Source of the DNA: Tubulanus polymorphus
Taxonomy: Eukaryota; Animalia; Nemertea
NCBI RefSeq assembly: GCF_964204645.1
Contig: NC_134032.1
Span: 10,094,275-10,158,274, forward strand
Reading direction: 5' to 3'
DNA: 64,000 nt
The translations under genes were made by a program, and so were the position numbers. The notes under the pieces are model-generated. The model had not been told where the DNA came from, did no database searches, and saw only the letters and a program-made list of their open reading frames with translations. Below are positions 25,014 through 36,703 of this stretch, in pieces (the first letter of the stretch is position 1; each line of letters opens with the position of its first letter).

Positions 25014-26075
25014 TTATTTCACTGAATATCTACAGCGGATTCTCATACAGAAATATTCACGAATCTCTCGTCCCAGTAAAAGATATACGTAGAAATTAAC
25101 CACATAGTTACAAACTCGAAACTGATTGAAAATGTCCAATAGGAATTCTTTCTGTATGGGTGAGAGTGGTAACATTGCAATAGTAGTGGTAGGAATTGTG
25201 GATATCGCAAATGCGAGTGAAACTGTTACAAGCATTATTGTCCTACGTTTTGATTTCGTATTTTTCTGATCGGATGAAACCATTTTTGAACCTACCGGTA
25301 TCCGAAATATCTTATTGATGTTACGGACGCCGTGTACGTATCTCTCCAGACAGAAAGAGAGGCATAGAAAGAAAAAAGAGACGAAAAACAACCTTGTTGT
25401 ACCTCTGAATAACTGAACTATTATGACAGTATTTGATGAAATTATCAGAGTTAACGGAAGAATATAACCGTAGGTGACAATAATCGTAAAATATGTTATC
25501 TGGTCAAATAATTCAAAGTAACAGCCGAAAGACTGGTCGGTGAAATGTATCGACATAGCAGGTGTGAGATATACAACTAGTACATTCACTGCGGTAATTA
25601 TCAGGATAGCAAATCTAGCGAATCTCGGTGTACAGATCAAACGAGATGTGAACGGGAAGAGAACAACTGCCACACGTTCTAGAGATATTACCACTATTAA
25701 CCACGAACTATTGCTGGCTGCAAGTGTCATTACAAAATCATAGATTTGACAACTGATCAGTGAATCCATCAAGAATATTGGATCGCCGTTTAGACGCAAG
25801 AGAACAAACAGTAAAACAGGCATCAGCGTAAAATTGGCGCAGAACGTGAAATCACTGAGGGACAAAACGATCAGATAGTTAGCGTAAGATAAACCGCGGA
25901 ATCTGCGACCAATCATTATCAGGAAAGTAGCCAAATTCCCGAAGACTCCGAACAGAAACAAGACAGGTAGAGTTACTAATAGCACAGTACGGTAGATTCC
26001 AGAGCTGTTCATCACAGACATTAGGACGATGTTGCTACTCTGAGTTCGACCAATTTGCATCTGAGTTGAATTCAT
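25014..26075 (-). CDS. Class A GPCR, paralog 4, with a 111-bp insertion (candidate intron 25292-25402) in ICL3
   Basis: 353 aa unspliced. Removing 25292-25402 restores a 316-aa protein collinear with paralogs 3 and 5. Confidence 0.9.
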   Translation of the reverse strand: MNSTQMQIGRTQSSNIVLMSVMNSSGIYRTVLLVTLPVLFLFGVFGNLATFLIMIGRRFRGLSYANYLIVLSLSDFTFCANFTLMPVLLFVLLRLNGDPIFLMDSLISCQIYDFVMTLAASNSSWLIVVISLERVAVVLFPFTSRLICTPRFARFAILIITAVNVLVVYLTPAMSIHFTDQSFGCYFELFDQITYFTIIVTYGYILPLTLIISSNTVIIVQLFRGTTRLFFVSFFFLCLSFCLERYVHGVRNINKIFRIPVGSKMVSSDQKNTKSKRRTIMLVTVSLAFAISTIPTTTIAMLPLSPIQKEFLLDIFNQFRVCNYVVNFYVYLLLGREIREYFCMRIRCRYSVK

Positions 26076-27090
26076 GATTTCTTCGAGGATCAGAGTGTGA
26101 AAAGACTGTCTGAAAGTCTAACTGTTTGAGAATATAATAGGAACTGACGGAGTCTTCGCCAACAAGATTCATTTTACGCATCAAATGAAAAATCCATTTA
26201 CAGAAATTTCTAACGCAATCTACTCGCGTTTGTCAAAGTTTATGATAGCGTTGAATATAAATGTGGCCAAATCAAATTCGCCGTACGCAAACGAATTCAT
26301 TGTAAAATGTGTTATATATTGTAGTAAAACATCTGAGCAGGTTGAAAAATGTCGACAGGATCCACCAGGACCGGTGCAATGTGTACGTGTCGACACGATG
26401 GACAGACCTATGCGTGACCCTGGGTACCCTTTGATGGTCACTGGTTTGGGCAGATCATGGGCAGATTGGCAGCGTTTTCTACTGTGTATTCCGGATACAG
26501 TGTAATCAGGCCGAAGGTGGATCCAGCCTAACGCATTCGCCAGTATAATTATAGAGAACATTTGCGCAAACCTTATAGTCTTAGTCTTTTAGTATTTTAC
26601 CCTTCGCTGAGCATTGTAATACGGTCTTCCCCTATTAGATACGTAATGAATTTTAAAAGTAATTTATTTTTGTTCGAGTTAGTCAACAGTCCAAGTTGGC
26701 CATGTCATAGTAAGGCAAAGTTTTCTATACTAGCGGACCTGGTGGATCTTTGCTCCCTTGCTCTTAAGGCCACAATGATACGGCGTGAGACGGCTTCAGA
26801 TATCGGAGGTCCCGAGTTCGATTCCGTTTTCGGTTTTCAATTGAATGAATGAAGAAGTGAATTTGAAACAAACAGAAAATCAATTCTTTACCTCTTTTGT
26901 ATTTGCGTGTGTGTTCTGCTGAAGGATGTACAAATATGATAACAATTTAACAATTGTTGAGGGACGATTTTGATTGTCCGAAGTAGTTTTTGGAGTTGTA
27001 AAAATTACGTAATTTAGTCAGTGTAATCAGTCCACAGCAATAACATATTGGAGTCGTATTAAGTGATTGGAACTTAAAATAGAATAATGT

Positions 27091-28041
27091 TTATTTGACT
27101 GAATTTCTACAGCGAATTTTCATACAGAAATATTCACGAATTTCTCGTCCCAGTAAAAGATATATGTAGAAGTTTATCACATAGTTGCAAACTTGAAACT
27201 GATTGAAAATGTCCAATAGAAATTCTCTCTGTTCCGGTGAGATTGATAACAATGCAATAATAGTGGATGGAAATGTAGATATTGCGAATGCGAGTGAAAC
27301 TGTTACAAGCATTATTGTTGTACGTTTTGATTTCGCAGTTTTCTGATCGGAAGAAACCATTTTTGAGCCTCTGAATAACTGAACTATTATCAGAGAATTA
27401 GATGTAATAATCAAAGCTAACGGTACGATATAACCGTGGGTGACAATTATGGTAAAAAACGTTATCTGGTCAAATAATTCAAAGTAACACCCGAAAGACT
27501 GGTCGGAAAAATGTATCGACATAGCAGGTGTGAGATAAAGAACCAGTGCGTTCGCTGCAGTAATTATTAGCACTACAAATCTAGCGAATCTCGGTGTACA
27601 TATCAAACGAGATGTGAACGGGAAGAGAACAACTGCCGCACGTTCTAGAGATATTACCACTATTAACCACGAACTATTGCTGGCTGCGAGCGTCATTACA
27701 AAATCGTAGATTTGACAACTGATCAGTGAATCCATCAAGAATATTGGACCGGAGTTTAGACGTAAGAGAACAAACTGTAAAACAGGCATCAGCGTAAAAT
27801 TGGCGCAGAACGTGAAATCACCGAGAGACAAAGCGATCAGATAGTTAGCGTAAGATAAACTCCTGAATCTGCGATTTATCATTATCAGGAAAGTAGCTGA
27901 ATTTCCGAATGCTCCGAACAGAAACAAGATAGGAAGGATAACTAGTAATACAGTACGGTAGATTCCAGATCTGTTGACCACAGACATTAAGACGATGTAA
28001 CTGCTATGAGTTCGACCAATTTGCATATGAGTTGAATTCAT
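27091..28041 (-). CDS. Intronless class A GPCR, paralog 5
   Basis: 316 aa, collinear with the other paralogs. Confidence 0.92.
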   Translation of the reverse strand: MNSTHMQIGRTHSSYIVLMSVVNRSGIYRTVLLVILPILFLFGAFGNSATFLIMINRRFRSLSYANYLIALSLGDFTFCANFTLMPVLQFVLLRLNSGPIFLMDSLISCQIYDFVMTLAASNSSWLIVVISLERAAVVLFPFTSRLICTPRFARFVVLIITAANALVLYLTPAMSIHFSDQSFGCYFELFDQITFFTIIVTHGYIVPLALIITSNSLIIVQLFRGSKMVSSDQKTAKSKRTTIMLVTVSLAFAISTFPSTIIALLSISPEQREFLLDIFNQFQVCNYVINFYIYLLLGREIREYFCMKIRCRNSVK

Positions 28042-28600
28042 GATTTATGATGATCAAAATTATAGTCTAGTTAGTGATAGTCTTAGAATCTACTGGCTGT
28101 CTGAGAATGTACTGGAACTGGTCGTGACTTCTCGCATATTGGAAAATAAATTGAATTTCAGTGCGAATATATCAGTAAATTCAGCTGTCGAAAGATTTAT
28201 TTTGCGCATAAAATGAGGAATCAATTGTAATGCAATTTAACACAATTTACTCTGATTCGCCAAAGTTTGTTATTGTGTAAAATATAAATGTAACTAAATC
28301 AAATATCAATATGTGTTGTACGAGAAAGAATTCATTGCCAATCGTGAAATATTACAGTAAAATATCTGAACAGGTTTCGAAAATATCGTTAAAGCCATCA
28401 GTATCGGTGCAATGTGTTATGTGTCGACACTATGGACAGAATTATGCGCGACCCTGGGTCCGATTACCAGCCGCGTTCACACTTGATTCGGCGCTTACGA
28501 AGTACCGTTCTTCGCTGGTGCCGAATTCACCAAAATACGGCGCTTATACAGCTATTTACGTTCACACCACGAGTCGCGATTCGGCACTTAGTAAGCCCAG

Positions 28601-31600
28601 TATAGTGGTCACCCAGTGTGCCAATAGAGGGGAGTGTTGCTTGCCTTGCCGGTTTGTCCTTGGTGGAATCCCCCTCGAATATCACAGTAGCGATTGTAAT
28701 TCTCCATTAGTGGACCGTCTTTCGGTGTGATGCCATCATTCCACAGGACGTAATGTCTGAAACCTTCATCAGAGACAATCAGCATACTAGGATTGAACAA
28801 ATATCTATCCAAGGGCCAGTTGCTCATTAGTTGGTTAAAAGCATGGGCCCGGTTCCACAGCTGTGAGTTAAGATTTGACTCAGAGTTAACTCATTGAAAA
28901 TTAACTAATCTTAACTCAGAGTTAACACTACCTCAGAACTGTGGAACTGGATCCATGGACTCTTAAGATAACCAGCGGATATATACCATAGTAACAATGA
29001 ACGTTTAGTTGCCACTGTCAACTATCCACTGGTCAACTCTCTAACCAACCTTTGAGCAACTGGCCCAAGCTGCTGGATTGTCCGAAAAGGCCATGATTTC
29101 CGGCCGTTTAATATCTGAAGGGTTGCTTTGGACCTGTGGCTGCAGACCGCCCAGATGGGTGGTTTTAGGCTCCCGATCGTCGAGCGACACATCAAACAAC
29201 GCAATAGACAAAGCCAAAGAATAATTTCCAAAATACATCTTTTTTAGTAAACTCGTAATTTAATTTAGTATTCAATTGATATAATCAATATTCAAGGTAA
29301 CATTGATTTAAACTTCTTTTTTTAGTAGCACATATTCACGGTTTTCGAGTACAAACAATGAGTTTTCATGAGTTTTTAATACAAGGTAATTTTCTACGTC
29401 TTTCGTAGTGAAAATGGCGTCCATGATAATATCGGATTTGGGTAGATGAAAAATAAATAACGAATGATCCATTTCAACTGTTTTGAACGAATTGAAACGA
29501 GTAAGTAAAATTTGAATCGATAAAACATTTGCAAAAAAAACTCGTTTACAATGCACGACATAATAATATAAATAGGGTGCTTAAAAATTGCATTTAATGC
29601 AAAGCCTCTAATTCATCCCTCCCTGTTACCGGAAAACGGGTAAAAATAAAAATAAAATACCGACAGACATAAAATAACTAAACTAAAATTGATATCTTAT
29701 TAAATCGCGTTATAACAACGAAGTTTCACGGATAAACAATGTGGGTGATTTTTCAAAGCGATGGGGCACCGGCACACATCGCTAGATGGCGCGATTAACA
29801 GTCAGTCAGTTTTTGAATTGAATTAAGTGTAAGACAGTATTCTTTTTTCCTCCATATACGTACTATGCAAATGGTTGGAGCGTAATAAATATCCCTGCAT
29901 GTATTCGTATTTGTATTCAATCCGATCAGTTCACACCCACCTCCCTGAGCAAAAATATGTGTACATTAATCTTAGGCAATACAAATACGATATTAAATTA
30001 GAGAGGTGTTTTTTAGTGAACTTGATGACGATTTAGTAATCAGTTTATTCGAATTTAGAATTAGAGCTTGTATAGTTTTTTTTAACCTAGTCCAAATAAA
30101 TTAGCAGACCTTCACTTAGATACTTAGATAGAATTGATAGATTATGCTCCGCTAAATGCTTTAATTAAAATGAAGCTTTATATGCTTTGAAATAAAAAGT
30201 TGATGAATTTAAATTTCATTTTTTGCTTGCATTCTAATTAAATCCGTGAAAACAATCGAAACTTGAACTCTTTTTGCAATCTTGATATTCTAAAAAAATC
30301 CAACAACCCAGTTAGCGATAATTTATCAATTATTCACCAATAACTCATCAAAATATGCTTAAATGTGTACATAGATCCCTCAAAGTTAATATATCGTATA
30401 CCAGGTCCATGGAAATAGTTGGAGAAGTGTTAATATATTCCCAAGCTGTATTCATCAAAATCATTTTCAATCAACTTGAGCTGGTTGTCTCTAAACACCG
30501 AATCTAAATAACACGAAACGGACCTCGAAAAAGATACATGATTCACTTTTCTACCCTAGATGTTTGCAGGGGTGGATCCAGAAATTTGAGCGCAGTATAG
30601 TGGTCACCCAGTGTGCCAATAGAGGGGAGTGTTGCTTGCCTTGCCGGTTTGTCCTTGGTGGAATCCCCCTCGAATATCACAGTAGCGATTGTAATTCTCC
30701 ATTAGTGGACCGTCTGTCGGTGTGATGCCATCATTCTACAGGACGTAATGTCTGAAACCTTCATCAGAGACAATCAGCATACTAGGATTGAACAAATATC
30801 TATCCAAGGGCCAGTTGCTCATTAGTTGGTTAAAAGCATGGGCCCGGTTCCACAGCTGTGAGTTAAGATTTGACTCAGAGTTAACTCATTGAAAATTAAC
30901 TAATCTTAACTCAGAGTTAACACTACCTCAGAACTGTGGAACTGGATCCATGGACTCTTAAGATAACCAGCGGATATATACCATAGTAACAATGAACGTT
31001 TAGTTGCCACTGTCAACTATCCACTGGTCAACTCTCTAACCAACCTTTGAGCAACTGGCCCAAGCTGCTGGATTGTTCGAAAAGGCCATGATTTCCGGCC
31101 GTTTAATATCTGAAGGGTTGCTTTGGACCTGTGGCTGCAGACCGCCCAGATGGGTGGTTTTAGGCTCCCGATCGTCGAGCGACACATCAAACAACGCAAT
31201 AGACAAAGCCAAAGAATAATTTCCAAAATACATCTTTTTTAGTAAACTCGTAATTTAATTTAGTATTCAATTGATATAATCAATATTCAAGGTAACATTG
31301 ATTTAAACTTCTTTTTTTAGTAGCACATATTCACGGTTTTCGAGTACAAACAATGAGTTTTCATGAGTTTTTAATACAAGGTAATTTTCTACGTCTTTCG
31401 TAGTGAAAATGGCGTCCATGATAATATCGGATTTGGGTAGATGAAAAATAAATAACGAATGATCCATTTCAACTGTTTTGAACGAATTGAAACGAGTAAG
31501 TAAAATTTGAATCGATAAAACATTTGCAAAAAAAACTCGTTTACAATGCACGACATAATAATATAAATAGGGTGCTTAAAAATTGCATTTAATGCAAAGC

Positions 31601-32590
31601 CTCTAATTCCTCCCTCCCTGTTACCGAAAAACGGGTAAAAATAAAAATAAAATACCGACAGACATAAAATAACTAAACTAAAATTGATATCTTATTAAAT
31701 CGCGTTATAACAACGAAGTTTCACGGGTAAACAATGTGGGTGATTTTTCAAAGCGATGGGGCACCGGCACACATCGCTAGATGGCGCGATTAACAGTCAG
31801 TCAGTTTTTGAATTGAATTAAGTGTAAGACAGTATTCTTTTTTCCTCCATATACGTACTATGCAAATGGTTGGAGCGTAATAAATATCCCTGCATGTATT
31901 CGTATTTGTATTCAATCCGATCAGTTCACACCCACCTCCCTGAGCAAAAATATGTGTACATTAATCTTAGGCAATACAAATACGATATTAAATTAGAGAG
32001 GTGTTTTTTAGTGAACTTGATGACGATTTAGTAATCAGTTTATTCGAATTTAGAATTAGAGCTTGTATAGTTTTTTTTAACCTAGTCCAAATAAATTAGC
32101 AGACCTTCACTTAGATACTTAGATAGAATTGATAGATTATGCTCCGCTAAATGCTTTAATTAAAATGAAGCTTTATATGCTTTGAAATAAAAAGTTGATG
32201 AATTTAAATTTTATTTTTTGCTTGCATTCTACTTAAATCCGTGAAAACAATCGAAACTGGAACTCTTTTTGCAATCTTGATATTCTAAAAAAATCCAACA
32301 ACCCAGTTAGCGATAATTTATCAATTATTCACCAATAACTCATCAAAATATGCCTAAATGTGTACATAGATCCCTCAAAGTTAATATATCGTATACCAGG
32401 TCCATGGAAATAGTTGGAGAAGTGTTAATATATTCCCAAGCTGTATTCATCAAAATCATTTTCAATCAACTTGAGCTGGTTGTCTCTTAACACTGAATCT
32501 AAATAACACGAAACGGACCTCGAAAAAGATACATGATTCACTTTTCTACCCTAGATGTTTGCAGGGGTGGATCCAGAAATTTGAGCACAG
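28601..32590 (+). repeat. Near-identical tandem duplication, unit 1995 bp (28601-30595 / 30596-32590)
   Basis: Same sequence at a constant offset of 1995 with scattered substitutions; CAG microhomology at the junction. Confidence 0.95.
28813..29066. mobile_element. Palindromic MITE with a second MITE (28846-28953, flanked by CATG) nested inside; repeated at +1995
   Basis: Outer TIR GGGCCAGTTGCTCA/TGAGCAACTGGCCC. Inner TIR GGCCCGGTTCCACAG/CTGTGGAACTGGATC with CATG on both sides. Confidence 0.8.
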
Positions 32591-32833
32591 GGGGTCAAGC
32601 GCAGTGTTTTCCCAGGTAGACCTATAGTCTCTTGATATTTCAATGAAAAATGAATTCATAAAAATGTATGCATTACCTACAGCAATTTCTGGCAGACGCC
32701 AAAACAGCGATCGATAATGATATAAATTGTCGTTAGTTCATCATTAATGCGATTGATATCACCGCCCGAAAATTTTCGGACACGGAGCAGGGATAACGCC
32801 GAGAGCCCCTAAAACCCTTTGGATCTGCCCCTG
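32562..32833. mobile_element. hAT-like MITE (CAGGGGTGGATCCA...TGGATCTGCCCCTG)
   Basis: Inverted termini; only its first ~28 bp are present at the end of the first 2-kb unit. Confidence 0.7.
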
Positions 32834-33266
32834 GTTTTGTTTAGTTTTTCATTGACAATTGATTTACAATAGGAGGGAAAAGTTGATTCGATTTGAATCG
32901 AAAGTTAGAACAAAGACTAAAGCTGTGGTTCATCCTCACTTGCCTTGGCAGCGGTGCTGGTACCCCGTACAAAAAAATCAAAACAAAGCAGAGCCCCGGG
33001 CCCGGTATTTTCAGAACAGTAGGCGTAAAAAGCGTCCACATTTTCGAACGATAAAAATATCATCCGAAACAATAATAATAATAATCTAAAGCGATACATA
33101 TTTCATATTCATAAACAATATTATAATAATTTAATATAAACGAATAATTACTATCCGTAATTGATAATAATTGTTATCAATATTTCAATAAATAAATTCT
33201 GCGTCGAGAATTCCAAGCCGTTTATCGATGGTTGTTGGTTGTATCTCTGTACCTCCCGTCGTCTGT

Positions 33267-36083
33267 TCATGTTAACAGTTGTAGGTTCCCAGTCACCTGA
33301 TTGACGACGTCCGTTTTACCCATAATGGCTAAACACGTGATCGACCCTGACGCCACCTAGTGGTGATTAACAAAAATTATTCGATAATTTAAACTGACGT
33401 AATAAATGCTGTCATGGGGAATTTATGGTAAGTTAGGCCCATGCTGAGTTTTTTTTTCTAGGGGCAGTTCTATTCCATGAAAAAGGACACTTTGAAAAGG
33501 AGCACTTTCATTTCGAAAAAGGATAGATCTCAAATATGAGGTGTCCGGGTACCTGAATAAATCATTTGAGAATTGATTACTTTTCATTTTCCAAAAAAAA
33601 ACATGAAAATGATTTCCAAATTCCGAAACATCTTAACCCAAATTTTTTAAACAAATTTTACCGAACCCTTTTTTGCCCTGAACCCTTCCTTGAAGTGGGC
33701 CTGAAAGTGTCTATAAAGGATGATTTTTGTTCAAAGGGGTAGTTATGGAGGCAATCGTATGGGACAATTTGATGATGTCATAGGGGGATTTATAAAGGCT
33801 GCCAACATTTCTTTTAGTGTCAAGGGACAATTCAATGATTTCATGGAGGGATATTGAAGACAGTCATATTTTCTAGAAGGGACTTTGAGATGACATCATT
33901 GGAGGGATTTATTGACATACACCATACCTCGGTTCTGCCTGCATCTTGTACCAGGTGGTATGGCAGCTCGGTGGCGACACATTTGGCAGAAAGTTGCATT
34001 AAATGCTCCGAACTGTTGCCTTTCACCACGATCTTCGTTTCTCTGATAGACAAAAGAATTACATGAGAAAATTCGGACAAGAGACATTCATTTTCAGTTA
34101 GGCATCAATTCTGAGCTATTGAAATCATTCTATACCCATTAGCACTCAGGAATTTCACTATGTAGAGGCAATTACTCCTCAGAAAATTCAAGGAAAAATC
34201 AAAGTTCATCACGATACCGAATAGCTCATTCGCTGTTTATTTCTATGCATTACAAGTTAGTGTTATTTTGTAGTAAATGGTCAAGGCTTTCATTAGATGT
34301 AAGATTTGATGAGGTGGGCCACCAAAATCGTGTCCTTATGGCCCCCCGAAATTCATCCAAACTTAATTGGATTTGAAGTGAGAGCTCAGACGTGTCATGT
34401 TCAAACTCAAAATACTCGAGAGATTGAAATAGGAGGATGTTGATTTCAGTTCGCTATTTCGAGGACGTAGGTATCTCGGTTATCATAAGCTATCGGGTAA
34501 AAATCCTACAAACCGTTTTCGTGTAGCATACGTAAAGTGTCGGGCGGATTCGGGCGGCTTGAGGAGTAATAGGCAGGGCGGAGTGCTAATGGGTTAAAAT
34601 TCTGTAACAATAATTTTACTTTTTCGTGATTTTTTACTCGAAACCGGCTCTAATTTACTGGAATTAACACTCCGAACAGGTACAAGTTTCATTCCTCTAA
34701 TTATCTCAAAGTTCCAAGGACAAGAGACATTCATTTTCAGTTAGGCATCAATTCTGAGCTATTGAAATCATTCTATACCCATTAGCACTCAGGAATTTCA
34801 CTATGTAGAGGCAATTACTCCTCAGAAAATTCAAGGAAAAATCAAAGTTCATCACGATACCGAATAGCTCATTTGCTGTTTATTTCTATGCATTACAAGT
34901 TAGTGTTATTTTGTAGTAAATGGTCAAGGCTTTCATTAGATGTAAGATTTGATGAGGTGGGCCACCAAAATCGTGTCCTTTTGGCCCCCCGAAATTCATC
35001 CAAACTTACTTGGATTTGAAGTGAGAGCTCAGACGTGTCATGTTCAAACTCAAAATACTCGAGAGATTGAAATAGGAGGATGTTGATTTCAGTTCGCTAT
35101 TTCGAGGACGTAGGTATCTCGGTTATCATAAGCTATCGGGTAAAAATCCTACAAACCGTTTTCGTGTAGCATACGTAAAGTGTCGGGCGGATTCGGGCGG
35201 CTTGAGGAGTAATAGGCAGGGCAGAGTGCTAATGGGTTAAAATTTCCAGGTAAATCAAGTTTGAAATTTATATTGAACTTTTTACCCGAACTGTTCCCAT
35301 TGTAGCACCATTTCGCCGTATTTCTGCTGGTCGTCTAAAAGCTTTCGATACAGCCCGAGCGTCGCGTGCCCGACCTGTGCGGCCATCTTCCCACTGCTCA
35401 TATTCAATTCGCCGTTGACGATGAAAACCATTTTATGAAAATCGCCCGCCTCCAGGAATTCAGCGCCGTCGTCCTCGGAATCTTCGGAGACAGCCGAGCT
35501 CTCTAGTGGCTGGATATAAATCACAATCGATGATACACTGTAACACAAAGTATACTACCCCCGCTTGCCAGGGCTCGGTATGGTAAGCTTACACCAAACT
35601 ATGCGTCAGTACAAGCAATACAAAATTTGTCATTCATCTGGTATCATATTCTATTGATTGCGGACCAATTACAAGTGAAATTCGTGTGACTTTAGGTTTA
35701 ATCATTTTAAAATCTAAAACGTTGGTGCTGAAGTCAAATAATTGGATATGAGATTATCTCTCAAAGATTTAGGCCAATTTTCAGTTTTAACTGGATAAAT
35801 ATATTGAAAATTATTCCCCAATTTTTTTTAGACTATTCTTGACGATGCAAAATTGCCACAATTTTCAAATTTCCGTGATTAAACACAGTCAGTTTCGAAT
35901 ACTATGCGAATTATACATTTTTCTAAACTTTAGTGTAGAAAATAAGCCAAATTTTTGGGAAATTTTCACAATAACTCCTCGACTCCTCACCACTTGAAAG
36001 GGGGCGTCTATATCTTGATCCTGGTTGTCTAGAGCCCAAGCTGCCGCCAAATCTGCATTCTGATTTCCGGTAAAATAAAGTGC
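33267..36083 (-). CDS. Peptidyl-tRNA hydrolase 2 family protein with N-terminal UBA-like domain; exons 35991-36083, 35286-35509, 33928-34042, 33267-33356; first coding exon not located
   Basis: Phase-compatible GT-AG exons give ALYFTGNQNADLAAAWALDN (UBA), KMVFIVNGELNMSSGKMAAQVGHA, GETKIVVKG, LVQDAGRTEVASGSITCLAI and VNQVTGNLQLLT* (PTH2 signature motifs). Confidence 0.88.
34075..35244 (+). repeat. Intronic direct repeat of 527 bp (34075-34601 / 34718-35244), each copy containing a piggyBac-like MITE (CCCATTAGCACTC TIRs)
   Basis: Constant offset of 643. The 116-bp spacer matches ~38782-38894. Confidence 0.9.
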
Positions 36084-36555
36084 CTGAAATAAAGAGAAAA
36101 TTTAAGACATCGATCGAAGAAATAGAACAGAATTTTTCATTTCAGTTGCTAAGTTTTTGATTTTTCATATCTACTGGTTTTTTACAAGAAATTGCTGTCC
36201 GGGTGCCATTTACAATCAAATAAGATCATAGTCTGGATGGTGCCTCCTAATGGCAAGGAGACCACTCTACCAGTCCGACGGTGTCTCCTTGGGCAAAAGA
36301 CCGCTCCCCTAGTCCGGGAGATGATGACAGATATCTCTTACCCTGACGGCGGCATTACGGGAAATTCCCATTCCGGTCAGAAGAGCGACTTTTTCCTCAT
36401 TCGGAACGAAGTTTCCGCCACCGTATGCACCAGTAACATCCATTTCAGTAGCTATTCAACCAATAAACTGCTTGCTTCGCTTAATCCGATGGACTGGACC
36501 AGTCATGAAAAAAAATCAAAATTGAGAGAATAAGGCAGATAGGCCTAAATGCTAA

Positions 36556-36703
36556 ATAATCCACAGGGGCTTGTCACAATTTGATGGAGGATGGATGATA
36601 CCAGTATCCCTATAGGCTATAAAAAAGAATATAGGGATACTGGTATCATCCATCCTCCAACCCAAAAGTCCAAATTGTGACAGACAAGCCCCTGTGGAAT
36701 TAT
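36556..36703. repeat. Long foldback palindrome
   Basis: ATAATCCACAGGGGCTTGTCACAATTTG..GGAGGATGGATGATACCAGTATCCCTATA is mirrored by TATAGGGATACTGGTATCATCCATCCTCC..CAAATTGTGAC..CAAGCCCCTGTGGAATTAT. Confidence 0.85.

Noticed and set aside
26185-26505. Recurrent plus-strand ORFs upstream of each GPCR (QCV.VDTMDR.MR)
   Set aside because: Starts, stops and frames differ between copies, as expected for duplicated non-coding DNA.
29308-29556. 82-aa ORF present twice (also 31303-31551)
   Set aside because: The identity is due to the recent 2-kb duplication; no recognisable motif and no ATG start.
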